From an uncultured Candidatus Actinomarina sp. (GTDB lineage: Bacteria > Actinomycetota > Acidimicrobiia > Actinomarinales > Actinomarinaceae), in the NCBI GenBank assembly GCA_902593475.1, contig CACJIM010000003.1, positions 10,718 to 74,717 of the forward strand: a stretch of 64,000 nucleotides of DNA, read 5' to 3'. Every line of letters starts with the position of its first letter. The stretch's first letter is position 1. A model generated the notes under the pieces. That model saw only the letters and a program-made list of their open reading frames with translations. It ran no database searches and was not told where the DNA came from. Below, piece after piece: positions 18,526 through 28,707 of this stretch. The translations under genes and the position numbers were made by a program.

Positions 18526-20535
18526 CTAAACTTCTACTTCTCCAAGTATCTCTATTGTGTCGCCTTCTTTAATATCTTTATAATCTGAAAGACCAATACC
18601 GCACTCAAGACCTTCGTTAACGACTTCAACATTGTCTTTAAATCTTCTTAGTGAAACAATGGTGCCTTCATAGATTACTACACCGTCTCTTAGCAGTCGT
18701 GCCTTTGCGTCGAGTTCTACTTTACCTTCAGAAACTACAGAACCAGCAACTACACCAACTTTTGGTGCACGGAATGTAGTTTTAACTTCAACCATTCCAA
18801 TAATTGCTTCTTCAGTTTTTATAGTCATTTGTCCAAGTACCGCTTCAGAAATATCGTCTAGCAATTCATAAATAATGTTGTATGTTCTTACGTCAATACC
18901 CTTGCTTTGAGCCATGTTTCTTGCCTGGCTATCAGGTCTTACATTAAAACCAATAATAAGTGACTCTGTAGCACTGGCTAAATCAACATCAGATAATACA
19001 ATTCCCCCTACTGCTGAGTGAACAACTTGGATATTTACATCATCTGTTGCTAGTTTGTTTATACCATCTTTAATTGCTTCAACTGAGCCATTGGTGTCAG
19101 CTTTTAAAATTACATTTACTGTATTTAACTCACCTTCTTGTAAAAGTTTCATCATGTCACTAACTCGTGACTCAACTGAAAATGATGAGTTGTCATGCTC
19201 TTTTAATTTAGTTTTATTTTCTTCAGCTTTTGCCTTAGCCTCTTTTTGATTTTTAACAGCAACGAATTGATCGCCTGCAGTTGGTGATTCATCCCAGCCT
19301 ATAATATCTATCGGAGAACCTGGTTCTACAGACTTTACTGTTTTATTATTATGATCAAACATTGACTTCACTCTACAAAATGCCTGACCAGCATAAAGAA
19401 AATCACCTTGTTTTAGAGTACCTCTTGTAACTATTACTGTAGCAACATTACCTCTACCAACTTCCATACGTGACTCAACAATATACCCAGAAGCATTTGT
19501 ATTATAATTTGCTTTTAGTTCTTCTATTTCTGCTACGAGTGCAAGTGTTTCAAGCAAATCATCAACTCCATCACCTTTAAGTGCGGAAACTTCAACTACA
19601 GGTGTATCTCCACCTAAGTCTTCAGAAATTACTTCATATTTTGTGAGCTCAGCTTTAATCATAGATGGATTAGCTTCAGGTAGATCACACTTATTTATGG
19701 CGACAACTATAGGTACATCTGCAGCTTTTGAGTGGTTGATCGCTTCAATTGTTTGAGGCATTACTCCATCATCAGCAGCTACTACTAAGACAACTATATC
19801 AGTGACATTTGCACCTCTTGCTCTCATTTGTGTAAATGCTTCGTGACCAGGGGTATCAATAAAAGTAATTCCTGACTCCCCAGTATCTACTTTATAAGCT
19901 CCAACGTGTTGTGTTATACCACCAGCCTCACCATCTGCAACTTTTTCATTTCTTATATAATCCAACAAGCTAGTTTTACCATGGTCCACATGACCCATAA
20001 CTGTAATTATTGGTGCTCTTAAATTTAATTTATCTGGATCGTCTTCAAAATCTTGAAATTCGATAATATCTTCTCTTGAAATTGTTACTTCATCTATCAA
20101 ATCAGGAATTAGATTGTACTTTTCAAACAGCTTTTCTATATCACTATCATCTAATGGTGTATCCATAGCTTTCATTATTCCTAGACCCATTAAATCACCA
20201 ACAATTTGTGTGGCTTCAACTTCTATAAGTGAGCTAATTTTTTCTGGAGATGAATTCCTGGAAACTTCAATAATCTGTACATCATCTTCGACAACTTCTT
20301 CAGATTCAGCTTCTGGTTCATCCTGAATAGCTTCTTCTTGCTCAGAGACCTCCTCAGTTTCAACTTCAGGTTGATCTTCTGGCATCAAAGCTAATTTAAC
20401 TAATTCTTCTTCCTCTTCAGTTAAACCAGATGATGCAGTTTTTACTTCTATACCAAGCTCTTTTGCTTGATGTAAAATGTCAGCTGATGCTAAATCAAGT
20501 TCCTTTGCGATTTGATGAATTCGCTTTTTAGCCAT
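18526..20535 (-). CDS. infB: translation initiation factor IF-2 (short N-terminal region)
   Basis: GHVDHGKTSLLD, DTPGH and NKCD G-domain motifs. Confidence 0.95.
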   Translation of the reverse strand: MAKKRIHQIAKELDLASADILHQAKELGIEVKTASSGLTEEEEELVKLALMPEDQPEVETEEVSEQEEAIQDEPEAESEEVVEDDVQIIEVSRNSSPEKISSLIEVEATQIVGDLMGLGIMKAMDTPLDDSDIEKLFEKYNLIPDLIDEVTISREDIIEFQDFEDDPDKLNLRAPIITVMGHVDHGKTSLLDYIRNEKVADGEAGGITQHVGAYKVDTGESGITFIDTPGHEAFTQMRARGANVTDIVVLVVAADDGVMPQTIEAINHSKAADVPIVVAINKCDLPEANPSMIKAELTKYEVISEDLGGDTPVVEVSALKGDGVDDLLETLALVAEIEELKANYNTNASGYIVESRMEVGRGNVATVIVTRGTLKQGDFLYAGQAFCRVKSMFDHNNKTVKSVEPGSPIDIIGWDESPTAGDQFVAVKNQKEAKAKAEENKTKLKEHDNSSFSVESRVSDMMKLLQEGELNTVNVILKADTNGSVEAIKDGINKLATDDVNIQVVHSAVGGIVLSDVDLASATESLIIGFNVRPDSQARNMAQSKGIDVRTYNIIYELLDDISEAVLGQMTIKTEEAIIGMVEVKTTFRAPKVGVVAGSVVSEGKVELDAKARLLRDGVVIYEGTIVSLRRFKDNVEVVNEGLECGIGLSDYKDIKEGDTIEILGEVEV

Positions 20536-21570
20536 TTACTCTTCCTCTTTTGACGCACTCTCTTCTTCGTCAGATTCCTCTATTTGTGGAGAGTCTCCAA
20601 GTCCTTCTATATCTATTTTATATCCAGTTAACTTTGCAGCTAATCGAGCATTTTGGCCTTCTTTTCCTATTGCTAAGGAAAGTTGACTATCTTTTACAAC
20701 TACTCTTGCTGTTTTTAAATCTTCATCAATTTCAACTTCGTCAATATCAGCAGGCCCAAGAGCTTCTTTAATAAACCTTACTTTGTCTTCTCTCCATTCA
20801 ACAACATCGAGTTTTTCTCCTCGTAGTTCATTGACTATCTGCCTTACACGATTACCTCTAGAACCAACACATGCACCCTTTGGATCAACATTAGGATCAT
20901 TAGAAAAAACTGCAATCTTTGTTCTACTCCCAGCTTCTCTTGCTATTGCTCTAAGTTCAACAGTACCATCAGTTAGTTCTGGAACCTCTAATTCGAGCAT
21001 TCTTTGGACAAATTCAGCTTTACTTCTGCTTACGATAATTGGAATACCTTTAGCATCTTCCCTTACTTCAGTAATTAAAGCTTTGACTCTATTTCCTCTT
21101 TCGAGACGCTCGAATGGTACTCTTTCACCAGATGGAATAACAGCTTCTGCATCTTGTAGGTCCAAAATTGTTTGATTAAATCTAGGATCAAATTGAGTTA
21201 CAATTCCAGTAATAAGTTCACCCTCTCTGCCAATATACGCATCTAAAACAGTAGCTCTTTTTGCATCACGAATTTTTGTAGTCATCATTTGCTTGAAGGA
21301 TTGTGCAGCTATTCTTCCAAATTCATCTTCATCAAGCTCTACTTTCCACTCTTCAATAACGTTTCCTTCATTATCTAATTCTTGGGCGTAAATTAATACT
21401 TCACCACTATCTGGATTTAATGTTACTCTTGCTTCTTCTGCCGCCCCAGGAATCCTCATATATGCAGATCTAAAAGCAGACACTAAAGCTTCATACATGC
21501 TTTCTACAGCGACACCCTTATCGAGTGCTAAAGATTCAATTGCTTGTTTGCTATCACTTCCTAATTTCAT
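20536..21570 (-). CDS. nusA: transcription termination/antitermination factor NusA
   Basis: S1 and KH domains, acidic C-terminus. Conserved rimP-nusA-infB order. Confidence 0.93.
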   Translation of the reverse strand: MKLGSDSKQAIESLALDKGVAVESMYEALVSAFRSAYMRIPGAAEEARVTLNPDSGEVLIYAQELDNEGNVIEEWKVELDEDEFGRIAAQSFKQMMTTKIRDAKRATVLDAYIGREGELITGIVTQFDPRFNQTILDLQDAEAVIPSGERVPFERLERGNRVKALITEVREDAKGIPIIVSRSKAEFVQRMLELEVPELTDGTVELRAIAREAGSRTKIAVFSNDPNVDPKGACVGSRGNRVRQIVNELRGEKLDVVEWREDKVRFIKEALGPADIDEVEIDEDLKTARVVVKDSQLSLAIGKEGQNARLAAKLTGYKIDIEGLGDSPQIEESDEEESASKEEE

Positions 21571-21572
21571 AA

Positions 21573-22046
21573 TTATCCCTTAACTCTTTCTTTAAATTGT
21601 TTAAATTCTATTTTTGCGTTCTTAATGTTTGAAAAACTTATTTCAATTTCAGTTATCTCTGTTTTTAAAACTATATTTTCTTCGCCAACTGAAACAAGGT
21701 CGCCTTCAAATGTATATACATCATTAATCGGATCAAATAATTTAACTTTTATTAACTCTCCTATTGAAAGTTCAAAATGTCTAAAGGATTTAAGTTTTCT
21801 TTCAATTCCTGGACTTGAAACAATCATGTCGAATGAGCCTTTTTCGAACCCCAGATCTTCGACTAATCTATTTAATTGCCTATTTAATCTTGTAGTGATG
21901 TTGATATTTACATCTTCAACGGAATATATAAATACTTCAATTTTTGAAATATTTGGAAAATTGACAATGTTTAGATCATAAAGCTCTAAATTTTCATCTT
22001 TTAGATATGAGTCAATTTGTTGTTGGATTTCGTTTTCAGAAACCAT
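21573..22046 (-). CDS. rimP: ribosome maturation factor RimP
   Basis: RimP family. The ATG at MVSEN is preceded by GAGGAGG at -6. The track start at 22085 is an upstream GTG. Confidence 0.85.
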   Translation of the reverse strand: MVSENEIQQQIDSYLKDENLELYDLNIVNFPNISKIEVFIYSVEDVNINITTRLNRQLNRLVEDLGFEKGSFDMIVSSPGIERKLKSFRHFELSIGELIKVKLFDPINDVYTFEGDLVSVGEENIVLKTEITEIEISFSNIKNAKIEFKQFKERVKG

Positions 22047-22058
22047 AAAAACCTCCTC

Positions 22059-22088
22059 ATAAAAAAAAGCGGGTTTGACACCCACTTT
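22059..22088 (-). terminator. candidate intrinsic terminator/attenuator between proS and rimP
   Basis: On the minus strand, GUGGGUG-UCAA-ACCCGC stem-loop (one G-U pair) followed by U8. It sits immediately 5' of the rimP Shine-Dalgarno. Confidence 0.4.
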
Positions 22089-22147
22089 ACGTAGCTAAAT
22101 TGTCAATTTTAATTATATCAAATATAGAAAGTTATTAAAAGGGATTT

Positions 22148-23578
22148 TTAATAAGCTTTTGAGAAAATAGCTAATTTTCCTTGAGTATTTTCATTATTTA
22201 CAGCTTTTTCTGTTTTTTCTTCATCTAAAACGTAACACCTGAGCGTAGCTTTGGTTTCTGCTTTAACTTTATCTTCGTCATCACTATTTTCATCCCAAAA
22301 ACATGTAACAAAACCTGGATCTCCATTAAGTGCACTTATAAGGTCTTCATATGAATCAACATGTACTGTATTTTCTTTACGAAAATTTTTCGACGATTCA
22401 AGTAAATTATTATGAATATTATCTAAAGTTTCAGAGACTTTAGTACCAACATCATCGAAATTAATATTGAATTTTCCATCAACACCATCTCTTCTTGAGA
22501 AAACAACTGTTTTATTTTCAACATCTCTTGGACCAATTTCAATTCTTAATGGTACGCCCTTTAATTCCCATTCATTAAATTTAAATCCTGGAGATATATT
22601 ATCCCTATCATCTACATAGACTCTGAAACTTTTTCCTAATTCTTCGTTGATTTTCTTCGTTGCGTCTAAAACTGATCCTTTGGAATCCTCGGAAGGTGTA
22701 ATAGGAATAATTACAACCTGGTGTGGTGCTAACTTAGGTGGCAAATTTAAACCTTTATCATCACCATGAGCCATTATTATCATACCAATCAATCTAGTAC
22801 TCACTCCCCAGCTAGTTTGATAAGGATATTGTAAATTATTTTCCTCATCTGAAAATTGAATTTCAAAAGCTTTTGAAAAATTTTGGCCTAATTCGTGTGA
22901 AGTTCCCGCTTGTAAAGCTTTCATGTCTTTCATCATTGCTTCAATAGAATATGTTCTGGTAGCTCCTGCGAATCTTTCATTTGCTGACTTTATACCTTTT
23001 ACAACTGATACTGCAGCTGCATTTTCTGCAAATTCAGAATAAATTTCTAACATCCTAAGAGCTTCTTCGGTTGCTTCAGATTCTAATGCATGAGCTGTAT
23101 GGCCTTCTTGCCATAAAAATTCTGATGTTCTTAAAAATAATCTAGTCCTCATTTCCCAACGAACAACATTTGCCCACTGATTTATCAACATTGGTAAATC
23201 TCTATGGCTTTTGATCCATTTTGCAAACATATGATTAATAATTGTTTCTGACGTAGGTCTTACTACTAATGGTTCCTCCAGCTCTTTTCCACCTGCATGG
23301 GTTACCATTGCTAGCTCGGGAGAAAAACCTTCTACATGTTCAGCTTCTTTTTGGATAAATGAATTCGGAATAAATAGCGGAAAATAAGCATTTTGGTGCC
23401 CTGTTTCTTTAAACTTTTTATCCAGATATGATTGCACACTCTCCCATATAGAATATCCGTATGGTCTAATGACCATGGTTCCTTTTACGGGTGAATAATC
23501 TGCCAATTGAGCTTGTTGAATTATATCTGTATACCATTCATTAAAGTCTTCAGACATTGGAGTAAGCTTTTCAACCAT
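22148..23578 (-). CDS. proS: prolyl-tRNA synthetase, archaeal/eukaryote-like (Thermus-type) form
   Basis: Nearly colinear with T. thermophilus ProRS (VIRPYGY, FKETGHQNAYFPLFIP, HVEGFSPELAxVTHAGG, NVVRWEMRTRxFLRTSEFLWQEGHTAH). 476 aa, no bacterial editing insertion, C-terminal Tyr. Confidence 0.92.
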   Translation of the reverse strand: MVEKLTPMSEDFNEWYTDIIQQAQLADYSPVKGTMVIRPYGYSIWESVQSYLDKKFKETGHQNAYFPLFIPNSFIQKEAEHVEGFSPELAMVTHAGGKELEEPLVVRPTSETIINHMFAKWIKSHRDLPMLINQWANVVRWEMRTRLFLRTSEFLWQEGHTAHALESEATEEALRMLEIYSEFAENAAAVSVVKGIKSANERFAGATRTYSIEAMMKDMKALQAGTSHELGQNFSKAFEIQFSDEENNLQYPYQTSWGVSTRLIGMIIMAHGDDKGLNLPPKLAPHQVVIIPITPSEDSKGSVLDATKKINEELGKSFRVYVDDRDNISPGFKFNEWELKGVPLRIEIGPRDVENKTVVFSRRDGVDGKFNINFDDVGTKVSETLDNIHNNLLESSKNFRKENTVHVDSYEDLISALNGDPGFVTCFWDENSDDEDKVKAETKATLRCYVLDEEKTEKAVNNENTQGKLAIFSKAY

Positions 23579-23596
23579 GTTTATATATTAAAGGTT

Positions 23597-24817
23597 TTAA
23601 TTTTCAATATCTTTATTTGTTGTAATCTCTAGTACGGACTTTGTTTTTTGTTCAAAATTATTAATATCTCCTTGGACATTTAGTAATGCTTGAACATCTT
23701 CTTCAGCAATTTGAGCAGCGTTTGTATCAGCAGCAGCAAGTCTTGCATCAACACCTTCCTCTGCAATCAATCTTCCCTCTTTAACTAATGCGTCAACCAT
23801 GTCTTTCTCATCAACAACCTTTACAACCTGTCCTTTGATAAATAAATGTCCTCTTTTTTTACCTGCAGCAATACCAAGATCTGCTGACCTTGCTTCGCCT
23901 GGACCATTAACAACGCACCCCATAACAGCTACTTGAATTGGAAAACCCTCTTTTTCAAGAACTTCTTGAGCTTCTCCTGCAATTTTTATAACATCGACTT
24001 CGGCTCTACCGCAACTTGGGCAAGCTATCAAGTCAAGTGACTTTCTTTCCCTTAAATTTAAGTACTCTAGTAATTGTCTGCCGTATTTGGCTTCTTCTAC
24101 TGGATCTGTTGTAAGTGAGAGTCTTATGGTATCCCCAATACCTTCAGAAAGAAGCGTAGAAATTCCAGCGATAGATTTAATTAAACCACCAGGTAGAGGA
24201 CCTGCTTCAGTAACACCTAAATGTAATGGGTATTCAACTGATTCCGCAAGAAGTCTGTAAGACTTGATCATTAAAGGGACATTAGAATGTTTTACGGAAA
24301 TCTTAATATCGTGAAAATCAACATCTTCAAGATATCTTGCTTCTAATAATGCTGATTCAACAAGTGCTTCAGGAACAGCGTCACCATATTTTTCTAAAAT
24401 ATCTTTATCTAATGAACCTGCATTAACTCCTATTCGTATAGGGATATTTGCATTTAAGCATTCTCTAGCTACTTCTTTAATTTGTTTTTCATTTCTAATA
24501 TTTCCTGGATTTAGCCTCAAACCATGTACACCTGCTTCAACAGCTGCAAGAGCTAATTTATATTGAAAATGAATATCTGCAACAATTGGTACAGGACTTC
24601 TTGCACAAATCTTTACAAGAGATTCTGCAGCTTCTATTTCATTGCATGTAACTCTAACAATATCTGCACCATTATTAGCTAGTTCATAAACTTGTCCTAA
24701 AGTCTCATCAGTATCTCTAGTTTTTGTAGTTGTCATTGACTGAACAGATACTGGATAGTCAGAACCTACTCCTACTTTTCCAACTTGGATTTGCGATGTT
24801 TGTCTTCTTTCAGTCAT
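23597..24817 (-). CDS. ispG: 4-hydroxy-3-methylbut-2-enyl diphosphate synthase IspG (GcpE)
   Basis: TIM-barrel domain plus a C-terminal Cys triad (CPSCGR...GCVVNGPGE) for the 4Fe-4S cluster. Confidence 0.93.
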   Translation of the reverse strand: MTERRQTSQIQVGKVGVGSDYPVSVQSMTTTKTRDTDETLGQVYELANNGADIVRVTCNEIEAAESLVKICARSPVPIVADIHFQYKLALAAVEAGVHGLRLNPGNIRNEKQIKEVARECLNANIPIRIGVNAGSLDKDILEKYGDAVPEALVESALLEARYLEDVDFHDIKISVKHSNVPLMIKSYRLLAESVEYPLHLGVTEAGPLPGGLIKSIAGISTLLSEGIGDTIRLSLTTDPVEEAKYGRQLLEYLNLRERKSLDLIACPSCGRAEVDVIKIAGEAQEVLEKEGFPIQVAVMGCVVNGPGEARSADLGIAAGKKRGHLFIKGQVVKVVDEKDMVDALVKEGRLIAEEGVDARLAAADTNAAQIAEEDVQALLNVQGDINNFEQKTKSVLEITTNKDIEN

Positions 24818-25917
24818 AATCTAATTGGTTGTGTGATATCTAAGTAAAAAGCTGTAATCCCTAAAAATACAAAAATGACAATTACAACAGCAGCAAGAGG
24901 ATAAAGTTTCTTATCAGGTATTTTTTTACCAGTAATCCCTTCATAAAGTGCAAGTACGACTCTACCTCCATCTAAGGGTACAAGTGGAATAGAGTTGAAA
25001 ACTGCAAGAAAAATATTTACAAATGCTAAGAGGGTAAATAAATTTACATATCCACCTTCAGCAATTTGGTTGCCTGCTTGAGCTAATCCTATTGGACTAA
25101 GAGGCCTAGCTTCATCTGGAACAACTTCTCCACTGTAAGTTCCTAAAAGTGTTTGTAAATTTTGTGGACTAAATAATGTAAAAATTCCTTCAACTGCTGC
25201 TTTAGTCATATCAATTTCAACTAATGTTGTTGCAGATATTGAATCAATAATGCCCATCTTTTGATTTTCAATTGTTGGAGAAACACCAAGATAACCAGAT
25301 TCATTATTTGCAATTAATCTTGATTCTAAAACAGTAGTTGTAACATAGCTCTGACCATTTCTTGTATATCCAATAGTGACCTGAGAGTTAGGATTTTCCT
25401 CTATATAACCAACTAGTTCTCTCCAGGTTGTAACTTGATTGCCGTTAAAACTTGTGATTATATCACCTTCTTTAAGACCAGCTACAGAAGATGGTGCCTC
25501 TAAAGATGGATCAGTTGAAGATACTCCAATAGTTTCGATTTGGAGTGTTGGTTGCTCAACGCCATAAAAGGTAAAAATTGAGAAAAGAATTAACCAAGCT
25601 AATACAAAATTTACAATTATTCCTGATGAAGCAATATAAAGTTTTTTTGTCCAAGAAGCAGTATGGAATAGTTCATCTGAATCATAACCCTCAACAGACT
25701 CATTTTCATCCATACCAGGAATTTTTACATAACCACCAAGTAAAAGGGCTTTAAGTCCGTACTCTGTATTGTTTCTTTTAAACGAAAATAATCTTGGTCC
25801 AAAACCAACAAAAAATTCAGAAACTGCTATTTTTGATCGTTTTGCTGATATATAGTGACCTAATTCATGCAAAACTACAAAAAGCGTTAATAAAGCAATT
25901 GTTAAAAATGCGTTCAT
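24814..25917 (-). CDS. rseP: site-2 protease, M50-family zinc metalloprotease (RseP/Rip1-like)
   Basis: HELGHY zinc motif in a TM helix, PDZ domain, and LDGG motif near the C-terminus. Confidence 0.9.
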   Translation of the reverse strand: MNAFLTIALLTLFVVLHELGHYISAKRSKIAVSEFFVGFGPRLFSFKRNNTEYGLKALLLGGYVKIPGMDENESVEGYDSDELFHTASWTKKLYIASSGIIVNFVLAWLILFSIFTFYGVEQPTLQIETIGVSSTDPSLEAPSSVAGLKEGDIITSFNGNQVTTWRELVGYIEENPNSQVTIGYTRNGQSYVTTTVLESRLIANNESGYLGVSPTIENQKMGIIDSISATTLVEIDMTKAAVEGIFTLFSPQNLQTLLGTYSGEVVPDEARPLSPIGLAQAGNQIAEGGYVNLFTLLAFVNIFLAVFNSIPLVPLDGGRVVLALYEGITGKKIPDKKLYPLAAVVIVIFVFLGITAFYLDITQPIRL

Positions 25918-25936
25918 ATATTAATTATTACACTTA

Positions 25937-26857
25937 TTAAATTAAATCTAAAAACTGTATAAAAAGAACTAAAACAGGAAAACTTAGTATTTGAGAATCA
26001 ACCCTGTCTAAGACGCCCCCATGACCTGGCAAGAAATCACTCGAATCTTTTACGTCTAATGACCTTTTAATTCTTGATTCAAATAAGTCACCCAATACAC
26101 CAAATAAAATAAAGATAAATGAAATCAGTAAAGTTGGGATAGTTTCTATTTCAAAGTTGTTACTTAAAACAATATACATAGCTAATGAACCGGTAATTAA
26201 ACCTGCAAAGAATCCCTCTACTGTTTTATTTGGTGAAATTTCTTCATATAGTTTTCTTTTACCATATCGTCTACCGAATTCATATGCAGCAATATCAGAA
26301 ACGGATATAGAAATAAGAGCCAAAAAGGTAAATAAAGCTCCAACGTTTTGAAGCACATAACCTATGCAAGCTAAACCTGTACCAAACCATATCAAAAATA
26401 AGAATGAACTTCCAAATTTTTCATATATCCCATAAGTCACAAAAGTTCCTGTATAGACAATCACACCTATCGGGAAAATAAAAAGTGGTACATGAATATT
26501 TTCTAGACCATAAAAGTATGCAATTACAAGTGGTGCAAGAGAAGCATAGAGCAGTAATGGATAAGGAATAATTACTCCATAATCAAAAATATCAAACCAT
26601 TCTTTCGTTGAAATTAAAGCAACAAGTATTAATAAAATAAAAGCTGAAGTTTTATTTAAGAATAGAAGGGAAACAACTAATAGTAATCCTAATCCAGTAA
26701 ACACCCTTGGATTTGATGTAAACCTATTCCCTTTATCTTCATTGTCTATATCATTTTCACTTGGCAAGCCTTCGTCATCGGGGATTTCAATATAACCAGG
26801 CCAAAATGTTCCATCATTGTCAGACTGTAAATACTTATTAAACTTCAAGAAGTTCAT
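25937..26857 (-). CDS. cdsA: phosphatidate cytidylyltransferase
   Basis: CDP-diglyceride synthetase signature (DxxAYxxGRxxGK, HGGVLDRVDS). Confidence 0.9.
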   Translation of the reverse strand: MNFLKFNKYLQSDNDGTFWPGYIEIPDDEGLPSENDIDNEDKGNRFTSNPRVFTGLGLLLVVSLLFLNKTSAFILLILVALISTKEWFDIFDYGVIIPYPLLLYASLAPLVIAYFYGLENIHVPLFIFPIGVIVYTGTFVTYGIYEKFGSSFLFLIWFGTGLACIGYVLQNVGALFTFLALISISVSDIAAYEFGRRYGKRKLYEEISPNKTVEGFFAGLITGSLAMYIVLSNNFEIETIPTLLISFIFILFGVLGDLFESRIKRSLDVKDSSDFLPGHGGVLDRVDSQILSFPVLVLFIQFLDLI

Positions 26858-27389
26858 TTTGCTTTACCGTAAGCAACTCATCAATTTTATTTACAAAATT
26901 GTCAGTGATGTCTTGTACTTGAGTTTCCAAACGTTTTATTTCATCAGCAGAATGATCATCTTTTAATTTAGATATTTCATCAATCCCAAATCTTCTATGA
27001 GTTCTAATTGATACTTTTGCATCTTCTGAAGCTTTTGATGCAACCTTTCCTAATTCTTTTCTTCTTTCTTCTGAAAGAGCCGGAATAGGTATACGCACTA
27101 CTTCGCCGTCATTTGTTGGATTAAGGCCTATGTCAGCATTTAATATTGACTTTTCAATTTCATCTAATGAATTTTTGTCAAAAGGTTGTATAACTAAAAG
27201 CTTTGGATCTGGAACTGATATAGTTGCAAGTTGTTGAAGAGGTGTTTTTGTTCCATAATATTCAACTGTAAGCTTGTCTACTAATGCTGGGTTTGCTCTT
27301 CCAGTTCTTATTGTTGCAAACTCGTCCACTAGATGATTTATAGTAGTGAGCATTTTGTTCTCAACTTCTTTGATTAATGTTTCAGACAT
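26838..27389 (-). CDS. frr: ribosome recycling factor
   Basis: RRF family, about 183 aa. Conserved order pyrH-frr-cdsA. Confidence 0.93.
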   Translation of the reverse strand: MSETLIKEVENKMLTTINHLVDEFATIRTGRANPALVDKLTVEYYGTKTPLQQLATISVPDPKLLVIQPFDKNSLDEIEKSILNADIGLNPTNDGEVVRIPIPALSEERRKELGKVASKASEDAKVSIRTHRRFGIDEISKLKDDHSADEIKRLETQVQDITDNFVNKIDELLTVKQNELLEV

Positions 27390-27393
27390 AAAT

Positions 27394-28095
27394 CTATTTT
27401 ATTAATGTTCCTAAAGATTCACCAGTTAAAGCTTTGTATATATTTCCAGCTGTTGTGCCATCAAATACTCTTATAGGCATTTTGTTTTCTTCGCATAATG
27501 TAATAGCCGTAAGATCCATCACTTTAAGTTTGCTAGAAACAACTTCTTTATAAGATATCTCATCGAATTTTTTTGCATCCGTATCTTTTTCAGGATCTTT
27601 ATCAAACACACCATCCACTCTTGTGGATTTAAGCATTAAGGATGCTTCTATCTCAGCTGCTCTTAAAGATGCTGCTGTATCAGTTGTAAAATAAGGATTA
27701 CCAGTACCTGCTGCAAAAATCACTACTCTTCCTTTTTCTAAGTGCCTAATAGCTCTTAATCTTATGTACGGTTCAGCAACTGCTGTCATTGTGATTGCAG
27801 ACTGAACTCTTGTTTGAGTTCCATTTTTGTCTAAAGCATCTTTTAAAGCTACAGCATTGATTACTGTTGCTAACATCCCCATATAATCAGCATTAGCTTG
27901 TGCCATATTTTTGGCAGATTCTTGTACTCCTCTGAAGAAGTTTCCTCCACCTACAACAACACCAATTTCAATACCTTTGTTGTTAGCTTCTGTTATTTCA
28001 GAAGCGATGCTTTCAATAGTTCCTGGTTGTATACCAAAGTTTGATACCGGATCTGCAAAAGATTCTCCGGAAAGTTTGAGAAGAATCCTGCTCAT
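27394..28095 (-). CDS. pyrH: UMP kinase
   Basis: Amino-acid kinase fold (KLSGE, VVGGGN). Confidence 0.95.
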   Translation of the reverse strand: MSRILLKLSGESFADPVSNFGIQPGTIESIASEITEANNKGIEIGVVVGGGNFFRGVQESAKNMAQANADYMGMLATVINAVALKDALDKNGTQTRVQSAITMTAVAEPYIRLRAIRHLEKGRVVIFAAGTGNPYFTTDTAASLRAAEIEASLMLKSTRVDGVFDKDPEKDTDAKKFDEISYKEVVSSKLKVMDLTAITLCEENKMPIRVFDGTTAGNIYKALTGESLGTLIK

Positions 28096-28098
28096 AAT

Positions 28099-28707
28099 TT
28101 AGGCTCCTACTTCTATTCGAGAGAATTTCTTAATATAAATTTTTTCACCTAATCTGCCAGAAAGTTCTTCAATCATGGTACCAACTTGACCTTCGTAAAA
28201 ATCCGGATTACAGAAAGTTTGTTCATTTAAAACATAATCTTTATAAAAAGATGAAATTTTACCTTCAACAATTTTTTCAATCACTTCTGCAGGTTTACCT
28301 TCATTTTCTGATTGTTTTTGAATTATTTCTTTTTCTTCATCTATTCTTGAATCAGGTACTTCGTCAATATTTACAAATTCTGGTTTTAATGCTGCAATAT
28401 GCATAGCAATTTGTTTTGCGACATCTTTAAACTCTTCCGATTTGGCTACAAAATCAGTTTCACATGCGAGTTCAACTAACACTCCTGATACAGCTCTATC
28501 TTGTTGGTAATGTATATAATCACCAATTGTTCCTTGATTAGCTTCCTTATCAGCTCTCTTCTTTGAATCTGCTAATCCTTTTTCTCTTAAAAATTTAACC
28601 GCTTTATCAAAATCACCAGAACTTTCTGAAAGAGCCTTTTTAGCATCCATCATTCCTGCACCTGTCATATCACGTAATTTTTTTACGTCTGAAGCTGAGA
28701 TTGTCAT
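28099..28707 (-). CDS. tsf: elongation factor Ts (short form)
   Basis: UBA-like N-terminus (LRxxTGAGMMDxKKAL) and a single dimerisation-core repeat. Confidence 0.92.
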   Translation of the reverse strand: MTISASDVKKLRDMTGAGMMDAKKALSESSGDFDKAVKFLREKGLADSKKRADKEANQGTIGDYIHYQQDRAVSGVLVELACETDFVAKSEEFKDVAKQIAMHIAALKPEFVNIDEVPDSRIDEEKEIIQKQSENEGKPAEVIEKIVEGKISSFYKDYVLNEQTFCNPDFYEGQVGTMIEELSGRLGEKIYIKKFSRIEVGA

